Positions 39,486-49,674 are shown, counted from the first letter of the stretch. The stretch: 64,000 bases of DNA from an archaeon (GCA_020057295.1 JAGVGF010000003.1:187382-251381), one strand, 5' to 3'. The notes: generated by a model not told the origin, from the sequence alone. Made by a program: numbers and translations.

Positions 39486-40304
39486 ATGAGAGATGCTATT
39501 GAAAACGCTGTTGAAGAACTAAAACGTGTAGACCATTCGATATTCGTGAGTCTAAAATATACTAGAACTGTCGATATTCTTATTAATATTCTTATTAGAA
39601 TGGTTGATTGCTACGAATTTTTAATGTTAGCATTATTAAAGTATGCTGTAGAAAATAAAATGATTGGAGAAATTCCAACCACTCCTAAAGAGCGTGCATT
39701 ATTATTGAAGGAAGTGTATAAGGAACAGGAAGTTCACAATAATGTAGACTTATATTTGTTGTTAAAGGCAATGCTTAAGAGTAATTATGGTAAAGAAAAT
39801 GAATACAGAAGACATGTTGCAATGCGTGCAATAGTTGCTGGTAGAGAAGAGATAATTAACATAAATATTATATCGCAATATTATGAATATTTAACTGCAT
39901 TCTTTCATTTAGTAGATAATCTAACTAAAGGAACATACGTTTTAGGAACAGGAGTATTGATGCAAGAAGGAATTATAGAAACTACCGATGAAGAAAATCC
40001 TAATAATCCTTATTGGACTCAAGTTGAAGAAATGAAAAAGGAAGCTGCAATGGAAATTGCACGTGATAAAGAAATTAAGGAAAGAATTAGGGCAGAAAAG
40101 GCTACACGTGAAGTTGAGAGAAGTAAACGTTATGAGGATATGAAACCTAAGAGAATCACTAAACGTAAACCTAAGATAAAACCTAAAAGAATTGTGCCTG
40201 CAGAACGTTTAAAAATGTTAGAGTTAAAGAAACAGGCTAAGAAACGTATAGAAAAAGATAAGAAGAAACCTAAAAAGCCAGCTAAGAAGAAAGGTAAGAA
40301 ATAA
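39486..40304 (+). CDS. Hypothetical protein, probable paralog of the upstream gene, with Lys/Arg-rich tail
   Basis: AVEELKRVDH; EYRRHV; highly basic C-terminus. Confidence 0.7.
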   Translation: MRDAIENAVEELKRVDHSIFVSLKYTRTVDILINILIRMVDCYEFLMLALLKYAVENKMIGEIPTTPKERALLLKEVYKEQEVHNNVDLYLLLKAMLKSNYGKENEYRRHVAMRAIVAGREEIININIISQYYEYLTAFFHLVDNLTKGTYVLGTGVLMQEGIIETTDEENPNNPYWTQVEEMKKEAAMEIARDKEIKERIRAEKATREVERSKRYEDMKPKRITKRKPKIKPKRIVPAERLKMLELKKQAKKRIEKDKKKPKKPAKKKGKK

Positions 40305-40352
40305 ATATTATTTTTTTAATTGTTTTTTAATTGTTTTTTAATTGAGGTGTGT

Positions 40353-41006
40353 ATGGTCAGAGTAATATCAATAATATCTTTGGGTGAAGGTACAGGAAAA
40401 ACTACAACAGCACTAAATCTGGGATTATTATTGCATAACATGAACAACAGAGTTCTAGTGTTTGATACAGACTTTAACAAACATAATATGATTGATCATC
40501 TAGATATACACAATTTACCTGTAGATATAGGTCATGTTCTTGATGGAGAATCACATATCAACAACGCAATATACAAACATACAACAGGTCTAAGAATTAT
40601 TCCATCAAAAATTCATGATTATCAGGACTTATCTTATCATTTTCAAGATTTACTCGGGGATTATGATTTCATAATACTTGATACTCCTTCAAAACAGCCA
40701 GATTTAGATGTTGTATTAAAAAATTCTAACGAAGCAATAATAGTTCATCACCCAAAATATTCATCAAAAATAATTCTTGATGCATCAGATTTACTTGAGA
40801 GACATAAAATACTAAATCTTGGAATAGTATTAAATGGTGTAACAGATGGAAGTGTTGATGAAATATTTAAGAATCCAGTTCTAGTAAAAATACCAGAACA
40901 CAAAGATGTTGTACGTGCGTTTGCTCTAAAAAATCCTGTCGTATATACACATCCAAAAAGCCTAGTCACAAAAAGATTCGAATTGTTAGCAAAGCTGTTA
41001 GGATAA
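40353..41006 (+). CDS. MinD/ParA-family ATPase
   Basis: GEGTGKTT, VFDTD, IILDTP, LGIVLN; GAGGTG SD. Confidence 0.85.
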   Translation: MVRVISIISLGEGTGKTTTALNLGLLLHNMNNRVLVFDTDFNKHNMIDHLDIHNLPVDIGHVLDGESHINNAIYKHTTGLRIIPSKIHDYQDLSYHFQDLLGDYDFIILDTPSKQPDLDVVLKNSNEAIIVHHPKYSSKIILDASDLLERHKILNLGIVLNGVTDGSVDEIFKNPVLVKIPEHKDVVRAFALKNPVVYTHPKSLVTKRFELLAKLLG

Positions 41007-41103
41007 ATTATTCTTCTTACTAAGTATAAGTGTAGTGAATAAATTAACACTACTTTTTCTTTACTCCGCAAGGTTTTTTAATATGTTACATTATTCTGTG
41101 TTT

Positions 41104-41457
41104 ATGGAAAAAGCAAAAGTTTACTTATTCACATCTCCAACATGTTCACATTGTCCTTCTGCAAAGAAGTTTATACATAATTTTAAGTTCACTCGTGATG
41201 ATTTTGATTTGATAGAATATTCTACAATAACTGAAGAAGGCCAAAAAAAAGCAGAACATTTTGATGTTATGTCGGTTCCAACATTTATTGTTAAGGGACC
41301 AGGATATAATGGCAATATTGGTCTTAGAGGAATTCAATCTAATGACGTTATGAATAAATATCTTGACATTGTTCTAGGGAAAAGATCTATAGAAGATCCT
41401 AAAAAAGAAAAGAAGCCTTTAGAAATAAAAATAGGAAAATTTAGATTAATGTTTTAA
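41104..41457 (+). CDS. Thioredoxin/glutaredoxin-like protein
   Basis: FTSPTCSHCP, MSVPT. Confidence 0.85.
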   Translation: MEKAKVYLFTSPTCSHCPSAKKFIHNFKFTRDDFDLIEYSTITEEGQKKAEHFDVMSVPTFIVKGPGYNGNIGLRGIQSNDVMNKYLDIVLGKRSIEDPKKEKKPLEIKIGKFRLMF

Positions 41458-41486
41458 AAATAATAAAAAAATAAATTTTTTTAGAT

Positions 41487-42206
41487 TTATCCGTATTTTA
41501 GATAAAATGGTACGAATGTTGACTTAAGATTTGCAGACAAGTCTTTAACTGTATCTTGCCTGTTCTTTACTGCATCACAGAATTTGTTGACGTTACTAGT
41601 TTCTTCAGATATTTTAGCGATATACTCTTGGTTATTGCTAAATTCTGTTTGTGTATTAACTACTTCTGCCCATGCATTATTCATATCAACACATATGATA
41701 TAGAGTTTTTCGAAGTTTTTCTTGTCTGATTCTTCGATTGCCTTTTCCATTATATCATGAAACTCAGTCAAGTAGAATCCTAGCATTGTTACGTTGTTTC
41801 TTTTGAATGTTTCTTGCCATACTTGTCTGACCTTCTCCAATTCTAGATGTGCCTCTTTAGATTTGTTATCCTTAATCAGTATATCTGCTTTAGCTATTAC
41901 TGTGCTAATTTTATCAAGAGAGTTCTTCCATTCAATATCCTTACTATACGGACTTAAAGGATTAGTGTTATAAGAGCTATAGAATGCTTGGAAACTTTTC
42001 TTATAATTTGACATTAATGTAGAAGTTTCTGGCTTTTCCTGTCCGGACGCGAATAATACATTTTTATAATCAACATTCATGTTGTTATATGATTGCCCGA
42101 ATGCTTCTTTTGTCTTTTGATTATAGATGAATATCCCTCCTATAATTAAAAGAATCAATGCAACTATTAAAATACCGTAAACTATTATTTTTGTTTTCTT
42201 TTTCAT
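41487..42206 (-). CDS. Membrane-anchored extracytoplasmic helical protein
   Basis: N-terminal signal anchor; AHLELE and TEFHDIME motifs (possible metal ligands). Confidence 0.7.
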   Translation of the reverse strand: MKKKTKIIVYGILIVALILLIIGGIFIYNQKTKEAFGQSYNNMNVDYKNVLFASGQEKPETSTLMSNYKKSFQAFYSSYNTNPLSPYSKDIEWKNSLDKISTVIAKADILIKDNKSKEAHLELEKVRQVWQETFKRNNVTMLGFYLTEFHDIMEKAIEESDKKNFEKLYIICVDMNNAWAEVVNTQTEFSNNQEYIAKISEETSNVNKFCDAVKNRQDTVKDLSANLKSTFVPFYLKYG

Positions 42207-42242
42207 ATTTACCTCTTATAAAAATAAAAAAATAAAATAAAT

Positions 42243-42653
42243 TTATCTCGTCATTGGACAACTGTTTTGTAAATCAGCATTCATTTTGCATCCTTGTCCG
42301 TTGCCTTGACCTTGTTTCATGCCTTGTCCAAGTCCTAATTCTGCTCTTACACTATCTGCCTTTATTGTATCTCCTGAAAGCATTGCTTCATGCATCTCTG
42401 CGAATTTTCCAAAATTATCTTTGTTGATTACTTGGAACATTCTACCTTGCATTGGTAAGTTGTTATCTTTTCTTATTTGTATCCATGCATCATAGTTTCC
42501 TGCATCTATTGCTGCTTCAAGTTTTGTTTGTACATCTGCATCATAATTTGGTCCCTTAACATCAGGATTTCCTTTGTATGCCATTACAACAATTAATGAT
42601 GCAGCACTTATAACAAATACTACAACCATTGCTAACCATATTTTTTTATTCAT
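42243..42653 (-). CDS. Secreted hypothetical protein with GQG-rich tail
   Basis: Signal peptide; GGAGA SD before ATG 42653. Confidence 0.7.
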   Translation of the reverse strand: MNKKIWLAMVVVFVISAASLIVVMAYKGNPDVKGPNYDADVQTKLEAAIDAGNYDAWIQIRKDNNLPMQGRMFQVINKDNFGKFAEMHEAMLSGDTIKADSVRAELGLGQGMKQGQGNGQGCKMNADLQNSCPMTR

Positions 42654-42700
42654 ATTATTCTCTCCATGCCATTTCCTTGTTTGGCATAGTATCATAAAGA

Positions 42701-42770
42701 TGAAACCATATATCTTAATTTCTGAAACCATTATATTGATTATTGAAACTGTTAAAATTTATGGAAAACT
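42701..42770. promoter_or_regulatory. Array of TGAAAC direct repeats at about 21-bp spacing
   Basis: TGAAAC at 42701, 42723 and 42744, with a degenerate copy at about 42764. Confidence 0.55.
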
Positions 42771-42798
42771 TTAAAACTTACACAAAGTTCAGCATAAT

Positions 42799-43338
42799 AT
42801 GATTAAAAAGAAAACCGTAATATCTGGATTAATAATCGTAGCGTTTATACTATTCTTAGTTAGTGTAATATTTTATGCTAACACACTTCATAATTTAAAA
42901 AAAATTGATCCATTAGAATTAGAATCAATGTCTCGGGATCAGATTATTCAAGAGGTATACAAAAGACAAACAGGCACACCATTCTATTATTTTATACCGA
43001 TATTTGGATTCTTTGGTATTGTGGTTGGAGCATTAGTATATTATATAATGAGCGGAGATGTTGAAAAGAAGGAAAAAATACTTTATCACAATACTGATGT
43101 TATTATGCAATTGCTGGATTCGGAAGAACGTAAAGTTATAAAGAAGATAGTAGAAAATCAGGGAAAGATACAACAAGTAGAAATAACATATATGGAAGGT
43201 TTCACAAAAGTTCGAGCTCATAGAATAGTAGAATCATTAGTTCAGAAAGGAATTTTAGATAAAGAAAAGCTTGGAAAAATGCGATTAATACGCATGAATA
43301 AGGATCTATATGAGATATTGAAGGATAAGAAAAAATAA
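42799..43338 (+). CDS. Membrane-anchored winged-helix regulator (2 TM + C-terminal wHTH)
   Basis: LDSEERKVI...GKIQQ...TKVRAHRIV..L.QKGI. Confidence 0.8.
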   Translation: MIKKKTVISGLIIVAFILFLVSVIFYANTLHNLKKIDPLELESMSRDQIIQEVYKRQTGTPFYYFIPIFGFFGIVVGALVYYIMSGDVEKKEKILYHNTDVIMQLLDSEERKVIKKIVENQGKIQQVEITYMEGFTKVRAHRIVESLVQKGILDKEKLGKMRLIRMNKDLYEILKDKKK

Positions 43339-43388
43339 TTTTCTAAATATACTCTTTTGATACTTTTTTTAGTAAACTTTATATGTTA

Positions 43389-43410
43389 CATATCAATATA
43401 TATTGATATG
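43389..43410. promoter_or_regulatory. ArsR operator, perfect 22-bp palindrome overlapping the arsR start codon
   Basis: CATATCAATATATATTGATATG contains the ATCAA-N6-TTGAT core. Confidence 0.75.
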
Positions 43411-43716
43411 AATAATTTTTTATTCAAAGCTTTAGGCGAAGAGACAAAATTTCTAATTCTAAAATTGTTATTAGATGGCGAACTATGTGCCTGTAACATT
43501 CCGAAACAAATCAAGAGAACTCAATCCAATACTTCTATGCATCTTTCTAAATTATTAGAATGGGACTTGATACAATCACGTAGAGATGGCAAGATGATTC
43601 TTTATTCCATTAAAGATAAAAGAGTAAACAAAGCATTTATGTTAGTAAAATGTCAGAAATCAAAGATTTCTGAGCATGATAAAAAACCACAGTTTTTTAC
43701 AGGTGATTTGAAGTGA
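43408..43716 (+). CDS. arsR: ArsR-family As(III)-responsive repressor
   Basis: FKALG...GELCACN (ELCVC-like box), QSNTSMHL. Confidence 0.85.
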   Translation: MNNFLFKALGEETKFLILKLLLDGELCACNIPKQIKRTQSNTSMHLSKLLEWDLIQSRRDGKMILYSIKDKRVNKAFMLVKCQKSKISEHDKKPQFFTGDLK

Positions 43717-43940
43717 AAATAGAAATACTAGGAATAGGATGTTCAAAATGTAAACAGCTTGAAGCAAATGCCAGAAAAGCGGTTGAAGAAAAAAATGTCA
43801 AAGTAGACATAATAAAAATTACTGAAATGACAGATATAATCCGTTATGGTGTTATGTCAACACCTGCTCTTGCTATTGATGGACATATTAAGTGTTCTGG
43901 AAGAATAGCGAGTGCTGAGGAAATAAAGACGTGGTTATAA
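43713..43940 (+). CDS. Small redox-active disulfide protein (MTH895/thioredoxin-3 family)
   Basis: ILGIGCSKC, YGVMSTPALAIDG. Confidence 0.9.
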   Translation: MKIEILGIGCSKCKQLEANARKAVEEKNVKVDIIKITEMTDIIRYGVMSTPALAIDGHIKCSGRIASAEEIKTWL

Positions 43941-44924
43941 ATGGACATATTCTTTCCTATTCAATGGTTTGCAGATATTTTAAGTTATAGTTGGATAGGC
44001 CTTGGAAAAGAAACATACATTGGTAGTGCAACAAACTTCTTTATTTATGATATCATAAAGATAGGAATATTGTTGTTACTAATAAATTATTTGATGGCGA
44101 TTGTTAGATATTATTTTCCTATGGAAAAAGTGCGTGATATTCTAACTAAACGTAGATGGTATGGTCTTGACTATTTGCTTGCGGCATTGCTTGGTGTAAT
44201 CACCCCGTTCTGTTCATGTTCATCAATTCCGTTATTTATAGGATTTGTAGGTGCAGGAATTCCCTTAGGTGTAACATTTTCGTTTCTAATAGCATCGCCA
44301 CTTATTAATGAAGCATCATTATATCTTTTTCCTACAATGTTTGGAATGAAAGTCACTTTAATCTATAATCTTATAGGAATTGGCGTTGCGATTCTTGGCG
44401 GTATGTTAATTCATCATCTAAAACTTGACAAGTATGTAAAGCAAGAATTACTCAATATAAAGACCAAAGAAGAAGTTGAAAAAGAACTTGGAGAAAAATC
44501 TCCTCCAATAAAAGAGTTACTACTATTTTGGTGGAAAGAGGGTTTGAATATTTCAAAACAAGTTTTTCCTTATGTTATTTTAGGTGTTGCAATAGGTGCA
44601 CTCATACATGGATTTGTTCCTACAACATTTGTTGAAAAATATTTGTCATCAACAGAATGGTGGGCAGTACCTTTAGCAGTTGTCCTTGGTGCACCGTTAT
44701 ATGCAAATTCAATAAGCGTAATTCCTGTGATGGAAGCATTAATAGGAAAAGGAGTGCCTTTAGGCACAGCATTGGCTTTTATGACTTCTATTGTAACTAT
44801 TTCTATTCCTGAAATGCTTATATTAAGAAAAGTGATGCGTTGGCAGCTTCTTGCAATATTTACAGCAATAACTATAACAGGAATAATAATTATGGGATAT
44901 ATATTAAACACGATTCTTTTTTAG
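43941..44924 (+). CDS. arsP: ArsP/DUF318 permease
   Basis: TPFCSCSSIP, SPLIN, GAPLY, SIPE. Confidence 0.88.
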   Translation: MDIFFPIQWFADILSYSWIGLGKETYIGSATNFFIYDIIKIGILLLLINYLMAIVRYYFPMEKVRDILTKRRWYGLDYLLAALLGVITPFCSCSSIPLFIGFVGAGIPLGVTFSFLIASPLINEASLYLFPTMFGMKVTLIYNLIGIGVAILGGMLIHHLKLDKYVKQELLNIKTKEEVEKELGEKSPPIKELLLFWWKEGLNISKQVFPYVILGVAIGALIHGFVPTTFVEKYLSSTEWWAVPLAVVLGAPLYANSISVIPVMEALIGKGVPLGTALAFMTSIVTISIPEMLILRKVMRWQLLAIFTAITITGIIIMGYILNTILF

Positions 44925-44997
44925 CTGTTGTACTCTAACTTCTAAGCGCATTTTCTAAACAGTCACCTTTTAAAACGTATATTCATTCCCCTAAGTT

Positions 44998-46140
44998 ATG
45001 AGTATTACTATAGGAGTTATCGTTAACAAAGGTTTTGAGAAGGTGGCTGTACGTCAGATTAGAGAAATTCTTGAAGACGTTACAGATATTCGTGTAGAAG
45101 AAACTATTGTTATCTTTAAGGCTAATACGTGGGATGAAGTTTTTAGATTTGTATATAAGAATCAGATTGCAAATCGTGTAATATATTACATGAACGAGAT
45201 AGAGTATAAAATTGATGAAGAATTAATAGATGCTGTCTATCCAAAATTAGAAGATGAATTTTTTAATGAACAATTAATTAATGGAGTTCGAGGATTTCGC
45301 GTTACTTTGAGAAGTGATGAACATATGGATATCACTTGGCTTGAGGCAGAGATTGGCGGCAAAATTATCGAGTATGCAAAAAATAATGCTAAAGAATTAA
45401 AAGTTAATTTAACTACACCTGCATTAAATTTCTATATTCATGTATACAATAATACCGCATATTTTGGTATTGATCTATCTGATGATTTAAGTAAGAGAGA
45501 TTATAAAATATTTAATAATGCAGTCTCACTTAAAGGACCTACAGCATTCGGATTATTAATGTTAGCAGAATATGTTGTTAAAGATTCATATCTCAATCCA
45601 CAATGTTATTCAGGAACTATAGAGATAGAAGCAGCATTATATGCTACAAATATTTCTCATAGATTCTATAATAAATCGTTTCCATTCATGAAATTTTTTG
45701 ATAAAGATTGGGATAAAGTTTTCAAAAAACTTGATTCTGAACGTGTAGATAAGAAATTTCCTATAACTGGATCAGATCCTTTACTAAGTAGTATTACTGC
45801 AGCTACTAAAAATGCTAAAATTGCAGGTGTAGAATCATATATAGACTTCAGAAGAATTGATTTAGATTGGATGGATATAAAGTATGAAGAAAAAAGTATT
45901 GATAAAATAATCTCATTTATTCCTGGTAGTTCTAAACATGACAAACATTTAGTTAAAGGCTTTAAACAAATATTTTATCATGCGGAATATATACTAAAAG
46001 ATTCAGGAGTTGCAATTATTATGTGTTTATCAAAAGATTTATTAATTGAATCGTCTATAGAACATTTCAGCTTAGATCATGAATTAAGTGTAAATTCCGG
46101 GGGACAGTTAATGCGTGTGTTATTCTTTAAGAAAAAGTGA
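44998..46140 (+). CDS. THUMP-domain RNA methyltransferase-like protein (Trm14/RlmL family), degenerate motifs
   Basis: VNLTTP, GID...LSKRDYK, NPQCYSGTIEIEA, NAKIAGV; NPPY replaced by FIPG. Confidence 0.75.
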   Translation: MSITIGVIVNKGFEKVAVRQIREILEDVTDIRVEETIVIFKANTWDEVFRFVYKNQIANRVIYYMNEIEYKIDEELIDAVYPKLEDEFFNEQLINGVRGFRVTLRSDEHMDITWLEAEIGGKIIEYAKNNAKELKVNLTTPALNFYIHVYNNTAYFGIDLSDDLSKRDYKIFNNAVSLKGPTAFGLLMLAEYVVKDSYLNPQCYSGTIEIEAALYATNISHRFYNKSFPFMKFFDKDWDKVFKKLDSERVDKKFPITGSDPLLSSITAATKNAKIAGVESYIDFRRIDLDWMDIKYEEKSIDKIISFIPGSSKHDKHLVKGFKQIFYHAEYILKDSGVAIIMCLSKDLLIESSIEHFSLDHELSVNSGGQLMRVLFFKKK

Positions 46141-46155
46141 GTGTAGGTGATTAAT

Positions 46156-46626
46156 ATGGCCATATGCGAACTTTGTGGATCAGGAAATTCTGTGTACGAT
46201 TGTGAAATTGAAGGCACTGTAATGCGTGTATGTAGTGAATGTTCCAAATTTGGCAAAGTTAGAGGAAGTTCTAATGTTAAAATCGTAGTTCAAGAACATA
46301 AAAGACCCGTATCGAATGAACCAGAATTTGTATTCATTCAAGGTTATGGTAATATTGTTAAGAATGCTCGTGAAAAGCTTAAGTTAACACAGGAAGACTT
46401 TGCAAAAAAAGTAAGTGAACATAAATCTGTAATTCATCAGATAGAGTCAGAACATTTCAAGCCAAGCGTTGACACGGCAAGAAAATTAGAAAAAGCATTA
46501 CATATAAGGATTATAGAAGAAGTAAAGCAAGACTCGGATAATAATTCTAATATATCTAAGAACGTCTTTAAATCGAAAGCTTCTGAATTTACCCTTGGCG
46601 ACATGATTAAAGTGAAAAAGAAATAA
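46156..46626 (+). CDS. Archaeal multiprotein bridging factor aMBF1
   Basis: CELCG...VCSECSKFG zinc ribbon, HTH, TLGD tail; GGTGA SD. Confidence 0.92.
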   Translation: MAICELCGSGNSVYDCEIEGTVMRVCSECSKFGKVRGSSNVKIVVQEHKRPVSNEPEFVFIQGYGNIVKNAREKLKLTQEDFAKKVSEHKSVIHQIESEHFKPSVDTARKLEKALHIRIIEEVKQDSDNNSNISKNVFKSKASEFTLGDMIKVKKK

Positions 46627-46657
46627 CTTTTTAAAGCTTATTTAATACTCAATTATC

Positions 46658-46996
46658 ATGAAACGTAAAACTAAATTCGTCGAGAAAAAGTATGTTCAAA
46701 AGAAGGACAAAGTTTTCGCTATAACATCATTAGTCTGCGGATTATTGTTCTGGGTACCATTATTTAATGTTATTCTAGGACCATTGGCAGTAATATTTGG
46801 AATTCTTTCAATTAAGCGTGTAAGAGCAGAACCTGAACGTTATGGTGGTCAAATCTTAGCAATTATAGGATTAATACTTGGTGTAATATCTGTAATATTT
46901 ACTGTTGTTGGAGTATATATTACATTATTTCATCCAGAATTAGCAATTGGTGTTGATGGTACAGTAAATACGACGTTGGGTGCGTTATTCAAGTGA
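46658..46996 (+). CDS. DUF4190-like membrane protein
   Basis: AITSLVCG...AVIFG...GQILAIIGLILG. Confidence 0.75.
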   Translation: MKRKTKFVEKKYVQKKDKVFAITSLVCGLLFWVPLFNVILGPLAVIFGILSIKRVRAEPERYGGQILAIIGLILGVISVIFTVVGVYITLFHPELAIGVDGTVNTTLGALFK

Positions 46997-47000
46997 TTTT

Positions 47001-48260
47001 ATGTTTATAGAATCATTAATGTGGATATTTGGACTAGTATTACTTGTATTGTTTCTATTTTTAGCGTTTACAGGAGTAATAATATTTATCTCATTATTCA
47101 AAAAACCGAAATATGATCCTTACACTCCTAAAGTTAGTGTAATTATTCCAGTATATAATGAGTCTAAAAATATTGTTAAGTGTTTAACCAAAATATTTGC
47201 ATCTTCTTATCCTAAAAATTTGTATGAAGTTATAGTTGTTGATGATGGAAGTACAGATAACACGTTAGAACTCGTTAAAAAATTTAAGAATGTTAAAATA
47301 TTATATACGAGACATCAAGGAAAATCTATAGCATTAAACTATGGTATTAAGCATGCTTCTAACGAGATACTATTGACTGTTGATGCTGATACGTTTTTAT
47401 ATCCTGATGCAATGACTAAAATGGTTTTACCATTCAACAATCCTATTGTAGGAGCAACTATTGGAACATACAAAGTTGGTAATCGTAAAAATATGTGGAC
47501 TGCGTTTCAAACAATAGAATACTCATATAATAGTCTTATAAGAATGGCATTCAGTAGAGTGTTTAATAATAGTGTATGGTTTTATGGTGCAATGAGTTGT
47601 TATAGGGCTGACGCACTAAAAAAGATTGGATACATGCATGCTGATGTATTGACTGAAGATATGGATGTAGCTATAAGATTAAACAATAAAGGCTATAATA
47701 TTATTCATGTATATGATGCATTCAGTGATACTCTAGTTCCAGACACTTTCAGTTCATTGATTAAGCAACGTACACGCTGGTGGACCGGAGTTTTACAGGC
47801 TATGCGTAAACATCGTAGTGCATCATATAAGAACATTCGTTCAAGACCTTCTGTTCCCCTAATATTTGTCTACTTAAACCAATGGTGGTGGTCTTTATTC
47901 TCTATAATTTGTTTTCCTATGTATATAATTCAAGTATTATATTGGCTACCATATAACCTAGCAACCTTCACAGATACGTTCATGTACTTATTCCGTTGGT
48001 TTAGTCTTTTAGGACCAGCTTATGTGCTCTATAAAATTCCAGAATGGGGTATAAACTTTTATAGTATATTTGGGATACTTTCAGGGGTAATAAGCGTAAC
48101 ATTTATAATTATATCCGTGACTATATTTAAAGAAGCTATCAGATTGAGAGAGGTGCTGGCGTTAATCTTTTATTTCCCGTACACGCTGGTGCTTAATGTG
48201 ATAATGATGATTAGTGTCATACGACACTTATTATTTGATTCAAAGGGCTTCAAAAAATGA
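47001..48260 (+). CDS. Processive GT2 glycosyltransferase (CESA-like/PgaC-IcaA-like)
   Basis: DDGSTD, DAD, TED, QRTRW; N- and C-terminal TM helices. Confidence 0.88.
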   Translation: MFIESLMWIFGLVLLVLFLFLAFTGVIIFISLFKKPKYDPYTPKVSVIIPVYNESKNIVKCLTKIFASSYPKNLYEVIVVDDGSTDNTLELVKKFKNVKILYTRHQGKSIALNYGIKHASNEILLTVDADTFLYPDAMTKMVLPFNNPIVGATIGTYKVGNRKNMWTAFQTIEYSYNSLIRMAFSRVFNNSVWFYGAMSCYRADALKKIGYMHADVLTEDMDVAIRLNNKGYNIIHVYDAFSDTLVPDTFSSLIKQRTRWWTGVLQAMRKHRSASYKNIRSRPSVPLIFVYLNQWWWSLFSIICFPMYIIQVLYWLPYNLATFTDTFMYLFRWFSLLGPAYVLYKIPEWGINFYSIFGILSGVISVTFIIISVTIFKEAIRLREVLALIFYFPYTLVLNVIMMISVIRHLLFDSKGFKK

Positions 48261-48312
48261 TTCAGGTAAATTATTTAAAAATGATTAAAATCATACATGT
48301 TCAGGTGAAATA

Positions 48313-49674
48313 TTGATTCAAGAATACTATGCAAATTATGCCTTATTTTATAAACAATCTTCAGATGCTATAATTAATGGTTATATTGCTGCCAATAGAC
48401 CTATATTAGATTTTATACATTCAGCTTTTGATAATTTATTCTATATGTTCTTATATATTACAGTAGCTGTATCAGCATTATTCATCATAATGAGTATATA
48501 TGCTATATTCTCTAAAAAGAACAAGAAAGAATACGATTTAGACGAAACTCATGCGCCATTCGTAACCATTCAAATTCCAACATATAATGAACTTGCAGCA
48601 CTTAATTGTGCACAGAAATGCTTAGAAATGGACTATCCTAAGGATAGATATGAAATAATTATTGGTGATGATAGTAATCAGAAGGAAGTTTCAAGAAAAA
48701 TCGACAAGTTCGCTGCAAAACATCCAGGAGTAATTAAGGTAACTAGAAGAGGAAGCAATATAGGTTTTAAGCCTGGAAACCTTAATCACATGCTAAAATA
48801 TACTAGTGGAGAAATCATTATAATATTTGATTCTGACTTTTTGCCTGATAAAAATTTTATGAGAAAGATAGTTGCTCCATTCCAGCATGATAAAAAGATT
48901 GCTGGTGTACAGTCTAGATGGAAATTCATAAATAATAATCAGAATGTTTATTCGTTCATGGGTTCATTGGTTGTTGAAGGATTCCATTATGTATACTTGC
49001 CTTTTATGAAAAAATTTGGTAAATTATCATTCTTATGCGGTTCAGGAGAGGCAGTTAGAAAAAACTTGCTTGTCAAGATGGGTGGTTGGAGAAGTGGATC
49101 ATTAACTGAAGATATTGAATATTCTATAAGAATATTAAGAGAAGGTTATAAGATTGCATACTTAGAAGATGTCGAAGTACTCTGCGAGGCACCATTCACT
49201 GCAAAGGACCTTTACAGACAACAGAAGCGTTGGGCATTCGGCGTTATTTCATCATTATTATCACATTTCAAAAGTATTGTTACAAGTAGAAAAGTTAATT
49301 CTAAAACTAAATTGTTCATACACTTTCAAGGCTTAGGATACATATTCACATTATTATTAGGTTTGATGTTTGTTACAGGAATAATTAGTCTAGTATCTCA
49401 TAGACCTGCACCTATAGAATGGATGAAATTCTTGACAGAAACAGGAAGAAATTTCTTAATAACTTCTGGAGCATTAATTATCTCGCTTGTAGCATTATGG
49501 CGTACGAAGAGATTAAACCAATGGTGGAGAGCAATAACTGCATCACTCAGTGTAGGATTAGTATTATTATATTACGTTAACGAGGGCATTGTTAAGGCAA
49601 TTCTTGGTGGCAGAATGGAATGGTTCATGTTAAAGAAATTAGGAAACACTAAGAAAGTTAAAGGTAATGTTTAA
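48313..49674 (+). CDS. Processive GT2 glycosyltransferase resembling the CslA/CslC (glucomannan/glucan synthase) subfamily
   Basis: VTIQIPTYNE, DDS, GFKPGNL, FDSDF.P, VQSRW, TED, QQKRW. Confidence 0.85.
   Translation: MIQEYYANYALFYKQSSDAIINGYIAANRPILDFIHSAFDNLFYMFLYITVAVSALFIIMSIYAIFSKKNKKEYDLDETHAPFVTIQIPTYNELAALNCAQKCLEMDYPKDRYEIIIGDDSNQKEVSRKIDKFAAKHPGVIKVTRRGSNIGFKPGNLNHMLKYTSGEIIIIFDSDFLPDKNFMRKIVAPFQHDKKIAGVQSRWKFINNNQNVYSFMGSLVVEGFHYVYLPFMKKFGKLSFLCGSGEAVRKNLLVKMGGWRSGSLTEDIEYSIRILREGYKIAYLEDVEVLCEAPFTAKDLYRQQKRWAFGVISSLLSHFKSIVTSRKVNSKTKLFIHFQGLGYIFTLLLGLMFVTGIISLVSHRPAPIEWMKFLTETGRNFLITSGALIISLVALWRTKRLNQWWRAITASLSVGLVLLYYVNEGIVKAILGGRMEWFMLKKLGNTKKVKGNV

Noticed and set aside
43713-44924. 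In-frame TAA-ATG junction suggesting Trx-ArsP readthrough fusion
   Set aside because: Both are full-length members of families normally encoded separately; tight operon packing explains it.
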